Source: an uncultured Bacteroides sp. (GTDB lineage: Bacteria; Bacteroidota; Bacteroidia; Bacteroidales; JACABE01). From it: 63,641 bases of DNA. The notes below the pieces were generated by a model. The model searched no databases. It had not been told where the DNA came from and saw only the letters and a list, made by a program, of their open reading frames with translations. The position numbers and the translations under genes are program-made. Below are positions 24,858 through 34,305 of the stretch, piece after piece. Position 1 is the stretch's first letter. Each line of letters opens with the position of its first letter. The DNA is taken from the NCBI GenBank assembly GCA_964646395.1, contig CAZYEM010000001.1:1-63641 (forward strand), in the 5' to 3' direction.

Positions 24858-25745
24858 TTATTTTAACTGACTCTTGATGTTTTCCAAGACTTCTTTTCCG
24901 TTTTTAGCGGACAAAATGAATTGTGTTAGAGCATCAGTTACATTACCTCTGTCTTGTTTTGCAATAGTTGTAATCTCCTGACTGCCTATGTTTACCTTAC
25001 CGGTTGCCATGTCAAAATTTAAAATATTAGTATCTAAAGCCTTTCTAATGGCTGCCTTTGTTTCTAAATTTGGATCTTTATAAACCTTCAAAAATTCTTC
25101 TGGATTTGATCTTGCCAAGTTTGCCGCTTCAGCCAAAATAGCATCATCATCAGTAAATTCGTTCCAGTTTAGAGCTGCGCCAATTTTTCTTGCTTCTGCT
25201 GCTGTCAATGTAGAAATAATGCTTACTGCTTCTTTCAATGTAGCAAATCCTGTCAAGGTTTTTTGGCTTGCTGCCTTTGTATTTACCAACTTAAATAAAG
25301 GTATTTTGCTTGTATCTCTACCTTCGCCTAAGATTGAATCTTGATTGAAATTTGTAATCATTAAGTACTCGTACAACTCCTCATCTCTTTGATTACCACC
25401 GACTAATGAGAATTTACCTCCAAATTGGAAGTTAGTAACTCCATCACTTAATCCGGGTACAAAAAGTCTTTCAATAGGTCTTTCCTTATCCCAATAATCC
25501 GCTACCACGATTTCTACCCACGCATCTTTGCCTTGCTTGGCTAAGTATGGATCTTTGATTCTATCTCTTGTAGGAATGTTTGCTTTTGGATAAAGCACTG
25601 GGTTTCTTTGTCTTTCTTTTTCATCTGGATCATTGTTTTTAACCCCTGTAAGCATTTCAAACGTAACCGCTTGACCTACCTCTAGTTGTGGGATTGATTT
25701 CATCAGATCTTCAGAAATTGTGTTAAATTTTCCGACTGTTTGCAT
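24858..25745 (-). CDS. abundant virion protein candidate (295 aa; decoration or second major structural protein)
   Basis: It lies immediately downstream of the capsid gene and is bracketed by two intrinsic terminators. No motif recognised. Confidence 0.5.
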   Translation of the reverse strand: MQTVGKFNTISEDLMKSIPQLEVGQAVTFEMLTGVKNNDPDEKERQRNPVLYPKANIPTRDRIKDPYLAKQGKDAWVEIVVADYWDKERPIERLFVPGLSDGVTNFQFGGKFSLVGGNQRDEELYEYLMITNFNQDSILGEGRDTSKIPLFKLVNTKAASQKTLTGFATLKEAVSIISTLTAAEARKIGAALNWNEFTDDDAILAEAANLARSNPEEFLKVYKDPNLETKAAIRKALDTNILNFDMATGKVNIGSQEITTIAKQDRGNVTDALTQFILSAKNGKEVLENIKSQLK

Positions 25746-25772
25746 TTTTTGTTGTTTTAGTTATGAAAAGAA

Positions 25773-25792
25773 AGGGTGGCCGAAACCACCCT
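25773..25792 (-). terminator. rho-independent terminator after the major capsid gene
   Basis: AGGGTGG (25773-25779), a 6-nt loop, CCACCCT (25786-25792). On the minus strand it is followed by TTCTTTTC. Confidence 0.65.
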
Positions 25793-25811
25793 CTCATAAT
25801 TGTTGCAAATT

Positions 25812-27164
25812 TTATGCCAAAACTTGTTGACGAAGGAAATGCTGTACTCCCAAACACTCAAGGCCTTGCGCAGTAGTCCAAGAACATGTCCAGTTCATTG
25901 CATCTCCGTTAGGGTTAACTGGAGATAATGCACCTGTATGGATTTCTCCGATCATGTCATTACCATACTTAGTTTGAGTTGGTACATAACGTACTCTCAT
26001 TGCAGAATCAAACCCACCACCTTCAACTTTTACTCTGTTGTTGTACGGGATGTAGTAAACAGACTTGTTGATAGTTGTTTGGCTAAACAACACTGGTTGG
26101 TCTTGGATTGGCATTGCCATGTAATGCAATTGGAATCCGCCGTAAGATACTTTATCTACTGTCAAATCTAATTCTTTACCGTCTACAACGATACGAACTG
26201 ATTGAACACCAGAAGAACCTAAAGCCTTCCAATATGTATCATGCGCACGCTTAGCTGCACTTGATCCAAACACTAAATAATCTTTAGGAGAACGGTTAGC
26301 AATTAACACGTCTAAAGCGTTATCAATGTTTGTTTGTTGTACTGTACCTAAAGTACCATTAACTAATGTAGAACCAAACATTTCAATGTATTTGTTCAAA
26401 CCACGAGTTGTTTGTACCGGTCCACCACCATTTGAACCTTCTGTGTTAGCATCAGTTAAGATAGGGTTAGTATCGCTGAATGTTGTAACAGACATATCAC
26501 CAGCAATAAATGCTGCGTTGATTTGACCTTTCAAACGGATTGCTTTCTCTAAGTGATCCTTAACGATAAATTTGTTTTGACCGTTAAATTCTACTTCGAT
26601 TGTTGCTGCGTTTTGAACGTCAGTGATCTTAGAGATTTCTCTAAAGATTTGATACTTGTTAGTATACTTAGTTAAACCGAAACGTAAGTTACTTTGAGAA
26701 ACTGAGTTCTCACCTACTGCTACTGAGAACAAACTTAATTTGTCGCCAGCAGTTAAAGTAGCGTTAGCGCCAGATACAGTCTTAATATAAACTGTGTCAA
26801 CGCCTGAAGTTGTTACTACGTTAGTTACGATTGCAGAAATAGCACCAGTTGGAACCAACACTAAATCATCTTTACGAGCTTGACCTGAAGTCGCTGCTGT
26901 ACAAGTGAAGTTTAATGAAGTTGTACCAGAACCGTTTACTGAACCGCCAGTTGTATCTAACAACTTAAATAAACTTTCGTTTACAAAAGTGTAGTACAAA
27001 GGTTGACCAGTTGCGATTGGTTTTTTTCTATCGCCTAACCATAAGATGTCTGTAAGAGCATCTTCGTTTTGAATGTCAGTCACTAATTTATTGATCTCTC
27101 TTGTATCTAATACTGGATCAATAGAGCTGACGTAGGATTTACTAATTGCACCTATGCTTGCCAT
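25812..27164 (-). CDS. major capsid protein (450 aa)
   Basis: It follows the portal and scaffold genes. Its G+C content and codon bias are visibly higher than those of neighbouring genes. A strong terminator lies downstream. Size is typical of an HK97-fold coat protein. No motif-level proof. Confidence 0.7.
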   Translation of the reverse strand: MASIGAISKSYVSSIDPVLDTREINKLVTDIQNEDALTDILWLGDRKKPIATGQPLYYTFVNESLFKLLDTTGGSVNGSGTTSLNFTCTAATSGQARKDDLVLVPTGAISAIVTNVVTTSGVDTVYIKTVSGANATLTAGDKLSLFSVAVGENSVSQSNLRFGLTKYTNKYQIFREISKITDVQNAATIEVEFNGQNKFIVKDHLEKAIRLKGQINAAFIAGDMSVTTFSDTNPILTDANTEGSNGGGPVQTTRGLNKYIEMFGSTLVNGTLGTVQQTNIDNALDVLIANRSPKDYLVFGSSAAKRAHDTYWKALGSSGVQSVRIVVDGKELDLTVDKVSYGGFQLHYMAMPIQDQPVLFSQTTINKSVYYIPYNNRVKVEGGGFDSAMRVRYVPTQTKYGNDMIGEIHTGALSPVNPNGDAMNWTCSWTTAQGLECLGVQHFLRQQVLA

Positions 27165-27195
27165 TGTTTTATTTTTTTATTGTGGTAAAATATTT

Positions 27196-28344
27196 TTACC
27201 TGCCTAATACACCCACCTTAGCCCTGTTTTTAATAGCTTCGGCGAATGATTCATTAGGTTGGGCAGGTGTGCTACCGACAGGTCTGCGAGCATTTTGCCC
27301 TTCCTCTACGATAGTTTTCAATCCTAATGATTTGCCATAGTTCACCAAGTCTTTTTCATAGTTTGGATTCAAAGCTACTAATGCAATTTTTTGCAATTTT
27401 GCGACATCTGGAATCAATTTGCTTGGATCTGCCTCTTGCGGATTAACAGCTATTGCCCTTTGCCATTTCTCTGAATCTAAAGCTACTGCCATCAAATTTT
27501 CAGGCTTATCAACAGTGAAGTTGAATTTACCATTATCGCCTAAATCAATAGCAACTCTCTTGCTTTCCATTAGGTTTCTAGTGGCTTCATGTTCCTTGAA
27601 AAATTGAAGTGCTTGTTGAACTTGTTGGACTTGTTGAGCTTGTATTTCTTGCTGTTCTGCCATCCTGTTCTGAGTATCAATCGCCTCTTGCGATCTAGCC
27701 ACGTCTGGAATCTGAAAAGCCTTCTGTTCTACAATTCTTTTTTGTCTTATTAATTCAGCATCAGCTTCTAATTGGATTAAACCAACCTCCTTATCTTCTT
27801 CAGATGCATATTCTGATAACTTATACTTTGCTTGGTATAATTTCTCAATCTTATCATCTGCTAAATGAGGGTATTGTAACTTTAATTCATCAAGAACTAA
27901 ATCTTGGTGATTTACCGTTTCCCAATCAAATGCCTTTGCTTCTAAATATTTGTAAGCATCTCCCCCATTCTTTCTAAATTCAGCAAATTCAGCTACAAAA
28001 TCATCATAGCCCAATTCCTTTAGAATATCTTTTGGATTTGCCTTTTTTAATTCTTCTTTCCAATCTATAATGTTTGCTGCGGCTTCGCCTTCTTCACCTT
28101 CATTACTTTCACCATCAAATGATGGCATAGAAAAAGATGCTTGATTTTCTTCTAATGGGGCTGGCTCGCCTTGAACTTGATCATTACTTTGTTCTTGCGC
28201 TTCAACCGGCTCTGCCTCTACGGGTGCAGGTGCAAACGATTGTGCTTCATATTCTTCCGGTGTTGGAATGCCAGAACTAACCTTATAGGTTGGTCTAGCT
28301 GGTTCTTGTTGTTGCTCTTGTTGTCCGTTTTGTTCTTCTGTCAT
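27196..28344 (-). CDS. scaffolding protein (382 aa)
   Basis: It is very acidic and Gln-rich, with low-complexity helical composition (QQEQQQEP..., QEIQAQQVQQVQQALQ). It sits directly upstream of the capsid gene. Confidence 0.6.
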   Translation of the reverse strand: MTEEQNGQQEQQQEPARPTYKVSSGIPTPEEYEAQSFAPAPVEAEPVEAQEQSNDQVQGEPAPLEENQASFSMPSFDGESNEGEEGEAAANIIDWKEELKKANPKDILKELGYDDFVAEFAEFRKNGGDAYKYLEAKAFDWETVNHQDLVLDELKLQYPHLADDKIEKLYQAKYKLSEYASEEDKEVGLIQLEADAELIRQKRIVEQKAFQIPDVARSQEAIDTQNRMAEQQEIQAQQVQQVQQALQFFKEHEATRNLMESKRVAIDLGDNGKFNFTVDKPENLMAVALDSEKWQRAIAVNPQEADPSKLIPDVAKLQKIALVALNPNYEKDLVNYGKSLGLKTIVEEGQNARRPVGSTPAQPNESFAEAIKNRAKVGVLGR

Positions 28345-28399
28345 ATAGTTGATTTTCGTTTACGAAATTATGTAAAATTAATTAAAAAAATAAATTTAA

Positions 28400-28885
28400 T
28401 TAATTAATGTGTTGATCAAATTCTAAAAGCTCTTTAGTGTATTCAGCAACTTTATACTTAGCTAACAAATCTCCGTAATGACCGACTGCTTTTACTTGAA
28501 TTGTAACGAATTGTTGTAAGAAAATGCCAACTGCGCAATCTTCTTCTTGGGCTTTCTTTTGTAGCTCTTTGTACATATTTAATACATCTAGCTCTGTTTC
28601 GTACCCAATTTCTAATGCATCGCCAATTGATTCAACTTTATCCTTCATTGCTTCAATTTCAGGCAAACTAGCGCAATCCCCCATATCATTCATAAAATCA
28701 ACGATAATTTGGTAATGCGTCAATTCTTCCGCACTTTCATCTAAAAAATATTTCTGACTACCAAAGTAACCTAATCTTTGTAATTGATTAGCTAAGTGCT
28801 TCCAAAGGTTAGATTGATATAATTCCATTTGAAGTGCCTCTTGCAAACCTTTTCTCAAGTTTGCTGACAATAAAGACTTTACCAT
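28400..28885 (-). CDS. ferritin-like protein (161 aa) with conserved ferroxidase-centre ligands
   Basis: It aligns by eye to FtnA/H-ferritin. ALQMELYQS supplies the E17 equivalent. ESAEELTHYQ supplies the ExxH pair. GYETELDVL supplies the E94 equivalent. FLQQFVTIQ supplies the Q127/Q141 equivalent. The FtnA site-C glutamates are absent, and the conserved Tyr is replaced by Trp. Confidence 0.75.
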   Translation of the reverse strand: MVKSLLSANLRKGLQEALQMELYQSNLWKHLANQLQRLGYFGSQKYFLDESAEELTHYQIIVDFMNDMGDCASLPEIEAMKDKVESIGDALEIGYETELDVLNMYKELQKKAQEEDCAVGIFLQQFVTIQVKAVGHYGDLLAKYKVAEYTKELLEFDQHIN

Positions 28886-28886
28886 T

Positions 28887-31241
28887 TTATTTTTCTGTTT
28901 TTGGTGTTTGTAATTGTTTCTTTTCGCTTACTACTATTCTAGCATCTGCTTGTATTCTTTGAGCAATAACTTTTGCTTCTTTTTGAATTTCTGCTTCTTG
29001 AATATCTTTATCCTTCTTGCCCATTTGGATAATGTAATCCCATTGCTTTTCAGCATTGATACGGGCAACATCGACTTCTAATTGAGTTTGTAATGTAACA
29101 CGCTTCTCTTGCTCTGCAACCTGTACTGCCATAGCATTACCTTGAGATGCTTCCTGAATTTTTTGTAATTCAAATTCTTGCAATTTCTCTCTGCGCTTTT
29201 TAATTCTATAAGCTAGAATCATAGAAGCCATTTTTAAATTTTTGGTACTCATTACCAAAATCTTATCTTCTGGCTCTATCAATCCTTGACTATCTCTTAT
29301 GTTTAATTCTTGAATTAACTGTTGTCTTTCAAAGTCAGATGGCACATCTTCAATAAAGATACCGAACTCATGAATTGAAATATCAGGATTAATTTGGAAA
29401 AATTTAACAGTTTCTTCACCTAATGATCTAGCGTAACCTTCTACCTTGCCTAATTTAACTGCAATTTGAACTTTGCTAACAATGGCATCTGCTAAATCTT
29501 GTATTAATTGTTTATCTGCAAAACTTAATAGATACAAAGCATTATTTGTACTTTCCATTGCTGCATTTGCAACTGGTACTAATGTTTTAGCATTTGGAGT
29601 AGATCCGTCTGTTAATTCATTTAATCCAGATACTTGGCGCATCATATCCAAAGTGTTTTGCAACTCTTGATATAATTGACCAAACACGGCTAACTGACCT
29701 GATGCTTCAATAGATACAGGCTTATAATTAGGATTTTGACTTAGTAAGTCTGTTGATCTGTAAGGCACAACAAAGTTTGAGAAAATAAAATCCATAACTT
29801 TTGTAGGATTCATTTTTTCTCCACCACCACCAAAGTCAACTCCTTCAAGTGCATTTAAGTCTATGTTAATCAAATAAGGGATTAGCTTATTTGACATATT
29901 TTGTAATTTAAACCAAGTAAGGCTAGCTTTATCTTCAAGCGGGATTAGCCTTTCAGTGATTCCAGCAAAACGCATTTTATAAAAATTCCAAGAATAAAGC
30001 TGAATATTCAATTTAGTATCCCACCAAGATGATGGTTTTCTAATTTGATTCTCTGACATACCCCAATCATACATATAGTCTGTTTGGATAAGCCACTTGC
30101 ACTTATAAACTACCTTACGAGTAACCGGCATAAAAATAGGTTCTGCTTGACCTTTCATGCTAAAATCTATCATGTTAGGTATAGTCCCCATTTTATCAAT
30201 AACACCTTCTTTGGTTACAGATAGTTTAGTTGCGTCTTGGTATTTTGTCTTACCAAATCTTACATTACCTCTATTGTCGACTTCTTCTTTGTATGTATAA
30301 TCGTTCCAAGATAAAAATTCAAAATCTAAAACAAGTACTTTGAATCTATTCCAATATTTAGAATAATCAGTACCATACATAAAGTTTGATGGATTACCAA
30401 AACGACCTGCTACGCTTTGTACGATTTGATTCATTTGCTCTACTGTAAACCATGGCGCAAGATCTCCTACATATACTTCTCTAACTTCGCCCCAATGTAC
30501 TAAATCTGAAAAATCATTTTTAGCACAATAAGATAACACCATGTTTTCAGGGTTAATCTCTCTTAATTTTACTTGACCATTTTCATCAATATATTCTGTA
30601 TAACCGCCCATTCCAAAATCAAAAAGATTTTCTATTGTGCGTTTTCTTTTTTCTTCAAATTTATTTTGATACATAGCTAAAGATGCTGCCATCTCTGCTT
30701 CCATAGACATAACGTGCTTGTATCCAAATTGCTCCTCCATCTTTAATTGCTCTAAGTCTTGAGCTTCGCCCGGCTGAGGCGCTAACACTGGGCTGTTAAG
30801 TAATTCTTGATTACCTGCCTTTTGTGCCGCTTCTCTCATTAAAATCTTTACCTTCATTTCGGTAAAGTAATTATCTTCTTCACTTTTAGCAATTGGATCT
30901 ACTGCAAATGCATTTATCGCATATCTTCTTTGAACTAATTTTGATATTGCTATCTCTCTAAACTTTGTTAAAAAAGATGGCGGAGTCCAATCAATGTTCA
31001 ACCAAGTTTTATCTTGTTGCTCATCTACGTTTAAAAGTTTTTTATATTTAGTTGTACTTTGTCTACCTAATGCATATTCTCTAATTTCGTTCATTTTGGA
31101 TTGACCAAAATTTAACATATTGTTAGGAACATACCCTCTTGAATCACCCCAAGCAGCTTTGCAGTATTGTAGTATCCAATCGTATCCTTTTTCTCTAGGA
31201 TCTATCTGCTGGTTAGGGTATGTGTTGGTGGCCTGTTGCAT
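28887..31241 (-). CDS. portal protein (784 aa)
   Basis: The call rests on size and on position upstream of the scaffold and capsid genes. The C-terminus is a charged helical tail. No specific motif was verified. Confidence 0.6.
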   Translation of the reverse strand: MQQATNTYPNQQIDPREKGYDWILQYCKAAWGDSRGYVPNNMLNFGQSKMNEIREYALGRQSTTKYKKLLNVDEQQDKTWLNIDWTPPSFLTKFREIAISKLVQRRYAINAFAVDPIAKSEEDNYFTEMKVKILMREAAQKAGNQELLNSPVLAPQPGEAQDLEQLKMEEQFGYKHVMSMEAEMAASLAMYQNKFEEKRKRTIENLFDFGMGGYTEYIDENGQVKLREINPENMVLSYCAKNDFSDLVHWGEVREVYVGDLAPWFTVEQMNQIVQSVAGRFGNPSNFMYGTDYSKYWNRFKVLVLDFEFLSWNDYTYKEEVDNRGNVRFGKTKYQDATKLSVTKEGVIDKMGTIPNMIDFSMKGQAEPIFMPVTRKVVYKCKWLIQTDYMYDWGMSENQIRKPSSWWDTKLNIQLYSWNFYKMRFAGITERLIPLEDKASLTWFKLQNMSNKLIPYLINIDLNALEGVDFGGGGEKMNPTKVMDFIFSNFVVPYRSTDLLSQNPNYKPVSIEASGQLAVFGQLYQELQNTLDMMRQVSGLNELTDGSTPNAKTLVPVANAAMESTNNALYLLSFADKQLIQDLADAIVSKVQIAVKLGKVEGYARSLGEETVKFFQINPDISIHEFGIFIEDVPSDFERQQLIQELNIRDSQGLIEPEDKILVMSTKNLKMASMILAYRIKKRREKLQEFELQKIQEASQGNAMAVQVAEQEKRVTLQTQLEVDVARINAEKQWDYIIQMGKKDKDIQEAEIQKEAKVIAQRIQADARIVVSEKKQLQTPKTEK

Positions 31242-31317
31242 TATACTAATGAAGATTTAATTAACCAAAATTAATTAAAAGTAAATAAAAAAAACAAATT
31301 AAATTATATTAATTAAT

Positions 31318-31863
31318 TTAATATAATTTTCTGCCTTCCAATAAACTATCATAATTCATTTCCATTTTTGTGTTATATGAAAATCCGTTGTATTGAATAG
31401 CAATAAAAGGATCGGAAACCACATACTTCCCTAACCCCCCTAACGCACGGTCTATATGCTCATCTAAAGGCGTATTTAGGTATGTATCGTAAAACTTGCT
31501 GTTGACTATGTAGCAATGAAAACCAGTAAAATTATCTACTGTTTGATCTTCACGAATCTCCCCAATGTATATGCCACTCAAATAAATATCAAAATCTAAT
31601 GGCTTATTTCTTAAAAAGTACGAAAAACTATCCGGATTGGTAAAATGAACGTCATCCTCCATTATGCATATTTCAGGCAAACCTGTGTCTTTGGCATACT
31701 GAACGCATTGTTTATGAGCTAAATTAATTGCTTTTTTAACTGAATGAGAATCATATACGGCAGGGAAAAAAGAAAAGTCTTTGATGCCCTGCTCTTTAAA
31801 TTCATTCATTAACCTGTCAAATCGATCACCAGCATCAAAATTATGAATTACCGCTATCTTCAT
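31318..31863 (-). CDS. glycosyltransferase, GT25-like (181 aa)
   Basis: MKIAVIHNFDAGDRFDRL...ICIMEDDVHF shows the family-25 pattern of an N-terminal beta-strand, an R-rich helix and an EDD motif. Confidence 0.45.
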   Translation of the reverse strand: MKIAVIHNFDAGDRFDRLMNEFKEQGIKDFSFFPAVYDSHSVKKAINLAHKQCVQYAKDTGLPEICIMEDDVHFTNPDSFSYFLRNKPLDFDIYLSGIYIGEIREDQTVDNFTGFHCYIVNSKFYDTYLNTPLDEHIDRALGGLGKYVVSDPFIAIQYNGFSYNTKMEMNYDSLLEGRKLY

Positions 31864-32662
31864 TTAGATTCTGTATTATGTTGTTTAAAGCCCCTTGGTA
31901 AGTATAATACTTATTGTATATTTCTTTTATTTTTAGTTGCTTTTCAACTATGTCTATACTTGGGATACTGTTTAAAATTGGTACTATCCTATGAGCATCT
32001 TCAGCTTTTATGACTACCCCATAATCTTCAAAATTGGCATCAAAGCAATTAATAAACTCATCGCTAATATACACAGGTATAGTTTCGTACTGGATGCACT
32101 CGGCGATTCTAAAGCTGTTTAAACCATACCCTCTAGGGCATAATCCGAATATAGATTGACTAATAATACCACAAAACTTATTTACATCATGCTGCTCTTG
32201 GGATATGTAATAATCTGAATTTTGAATATTAAATACATAATTTCTTATTGGGTGAGTATTAGTGCCAATAAAAGAAGCAAAAATTGTTTTTTTACCATTC
32301 CATTTAAAACTATGTGGCATACAAAGCAAAGGTATCTCTATCCCTTCTTTCTTACTCATATTGAATACCAATATATCTAAATCTTTAAAGTCAACCAAAA
32401 CCCCATCATCGTATTGGCAAATTGTCCAATATCGTTGATTTCTAGGCAATGCATCTACATAGTCTTGCAGGCTTTTTCTAGCTACCGGATCATTCCCATA
32501 ATTGTTATTTACATGATATGATGTCCAATGGATTCTTAAATAAGCCCTCCCATTAAAATCTGGTATAAACCTAGAAGATACCCATTCTTCAAAAATAGTA
32601 TAATTTTCAAAAGGATAAACCGTGTTTATGGTAGGCATAAACTCCTTTGGTACGTCTATCAT
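31841..32662 (-). CDS. exostosin-like glycosyltransferase (GT47 family)
   Basis: GLCPRGYGLNSFRIAECIQYETIPVYISD matches the exostosin C-terminal motif CPxGxxxxSxRxxExxxxGxIPV. Confidence 0.65.
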   Translation of the reverse strand: MIDVPKEFMPTINTVYPFENYTIFEEWVSSRFIPDFNGRAYLRIHWTSYHVNNNYGNDPVARKSLQDYVDALPRNQRYWTICQYDDGVLVDFKDLDILVFNMSKKEGIEIPLLCMPHSFKWNGKKTIFASFIGTNTHPIRNYVFNIQNSDYYISQEQHDVNKFCGIISQSIFGLCPRGYGLNSFRIAECIQYETIPVYISDEFINCFDANFEDYGVVIKAEDAHRIVPILNSIPSIDIVEKQLKIKEIYNKYYTYQGALNNIIQNLNEDSGNS

Positions 32663-33294
32663 ATATTAAATTTTCTTACATAAAGGGCATCAGTCCACGT
32701 TTCGGCAACCCAATCGCCTGTTTCAACTCTTTCAAATCCGCGCTGCATCATGAAATAATCTAAATCAGGAATAAGCATACATCCTTTATAAGTTTCCTTC
32801 ATATTAACCTCTAGCAATGCGTAATCTATATTTTTAATCAAATCACCCATACCTTCAATAGCCAAATGCTCTGCACCTTGAAGATCTACGTTAAGAAAGT
32901 TTATATTTTTAAAACTATAACCCTTAAACAGAGTATCAACTCTCTTAGTTTTCATTGTTATCTGTTCTATGTAATGCACTTCTGGATGGATTAAAAGATG
33001 AGTACCAAGCTCAAACATTGATGAACTCTGGCTTTCATTATTTGATACATTAAAAACCACTTCTTCATTGTCTACATTACTTAGACAAGCGTTAAAAGCT
33101 CTTTGCTTTTCATAAGGTTCTATGTTTTTTACTAATTCTAAATAAACAGATGGTATTGCTTCGACCCACAAAACATCGCCCTTACAATAATTATCGTATT
33201 CTTTTCTTTCTTGCCCTGTTGATGCGCCTAAGTGAAGAACGCCTTTTATATCTAACTTATGCTTGCTGACTAAGTAATCAAATGATATCATCAT
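32659..33294 (-). CDS. FkbM-family SAM-dependent methyltransferase
   Basis: VLHLGASTGQE, VLWVEAIPSVY, VVFNVSNNESQSSSMF and NFLNVDLQGAEHLAIEG follow the FkbM (Methyltransf_21) pattern. Confidence 0.7.
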   Translation of the reverse strand: MMISFDYLVSKHKLDIKGVLHLGASTGQERKEYDNYCKGDVLWVEAIPSVYLELVKNIEPYEKQRAFNACLSNVDNEEVVFNVSNNESQSSSMFELGTHLLIHPEVHYIEQITMKTKRVDTLFKGYSFKNINFLNVDLQGAEHLAIEGMGDLIKNIDYALLEVNMKETYKGCMLIPDLDYFMMQRGFERVETGDWVAETWTDALYVRKFNI

Positions 33295-34304
33295 ATACTT
33301 TTGCTTTTATGTTTATTAACTTCTAATTCAATCCAATTATATAATTTAACCATGCCTTCCTCAAGTGGCTTTGTTGGACGCCAACCTGTTACCTTTTCTA
33401 CCAACTCATTGTTTGAATTTCTACCTCTAACACCTAATGCGTTTGATTCAACATTATTAATTGTTAAAGTTTTGCCTGAAATTTTAATAACCATTTTAGC
33501 CAAGTCATTAATTGATATCATTTCATCTGAGCCAATATTAACAGGATAAACATAATCCGATTGCATCAATGCTTTTATACCATCTAAACACTCGTCAATA
33601 AATAAAAAACTACGCTGTTGTAAACCATCACCAAATATTTCAATTTCTCCACCATCTGTTGCTTCTGCTACCTTTCTACACACTGCTGCTGGAGCTTTTT
33701 CTCTGCCGTCCTTGTAAGTACATTCAGGAGAAAATATGTTATGGAAACGACCAATTCTTACATCTAACCCTTTGTTTCTTCTGAAAGAATCATAAATCTG
33801 TTCTGATAGTAGCTTCTCAATGCCGTACACACTATCTGGCTTGCCATCCCAAGCTGAATCTTCTTTTAATGATGCGCTATCTAATGACTCTTGTAGTCTT
33901 TCGCTATAAGCACAAGCACTTGATGAAAAGAATAATTTCTTAACTCCACATTCTGACGCAGCCTTTGCCACATTTAAATTAATCATTGTTGAATCATAAA
34001 TAATATCTGCATCATTAACGCCTGTAAATACATACAAAGCGCCCCCCATATCGGCAGCTAATTGATACACTTCATCAAATGCATTAACGTTATCATGCCA
34101 TGTTGTTTGTTGGGGGTTCCATAAAGCCTTTGATACACTTGATGGATTACGCAAATCTAAAATAAATGCTTCATCTGCTTCAGACTTTGAAAATTCAGGC
34201 TGTTTGACATCTACTGATCTTACCCAATAACCTTCGCTTTTTAATCTTTTTACTAATTGCATCCCAATCATTCCATGACCGCCTAATACGCAAGCTGTTT
34301 TCAT
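33291..34304 (-). CDS. gme: GDP-mannose 3,5-epimerase-like SDR (GDP-L-galactose / GDP-L-gulose forming)
   Basis: There is a GGHGMIGMQL Rossmann motif and a YGIEK YxxxK motif. Long blocks match plant/bacterial GME as I recall it: LAADMGG, SSACAY, RIGRFHNIFSP, GREKAPAAVCRK, GDGLQQRSFLFIDECLDG, PVNIGSDEMISINDLAKMV and GVRGRNSNN. Confidence 0.8.
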   Translation of the reverse strand: MKTACVLGGHGMIGMQLVKRLKSEGYWVRSVDVKQPEFSKSEADEAFILDLRNPSSVSKALWNPQQTTWHDNVNAFDEVYQLAADMGGALYVFTGVNDADIIYDSTMINLNVAKAASECGVKKLFFSSSACAYSERLQESLDSASLKEDSAWDGKPDSVYGIEKLLSEQIYDSFRRNKGLDVRIGRFHNIFSPECTYKDGREKAPAAVCRKVAEATDGGEIEIFGDGLQQRSFLFIDECLDGIKALMQSDYVYPVNIGSDEMISINDLAKMVIKISGKTLTINNVESNALGVRGRNSNNELVEKVTGWRPTKPLEEGMVKLYNWIELEVNKHKSKSI

Positions 34305-34305
34305 A

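Noticed and set aside
28354-28367. An inverted repeat, TTTCGT-TT-ACGAAA, between the ferritin and scaffold genes.
   Set aside because: It has only a 6-bp stem with a 2-nt spacer. That is too small for a stable hairpin, and there is no second copy.
31293-31305. A shared 13-mer, AACAAATTAAATT, on the plus strand at 31293-31305 (upstream of the portal gene) and at 63014-63026 (upstream of the phosphoesterase gene). I considered it as a possible late-promoter motif.
   Set aside because: It is purely A/T-rich sequence in an AT-rich genome. The reverse complement gives TAATTTG, one T short of the TAnnTTTG consensus. Two occurrences cannot be distinguished from chance without statistics.
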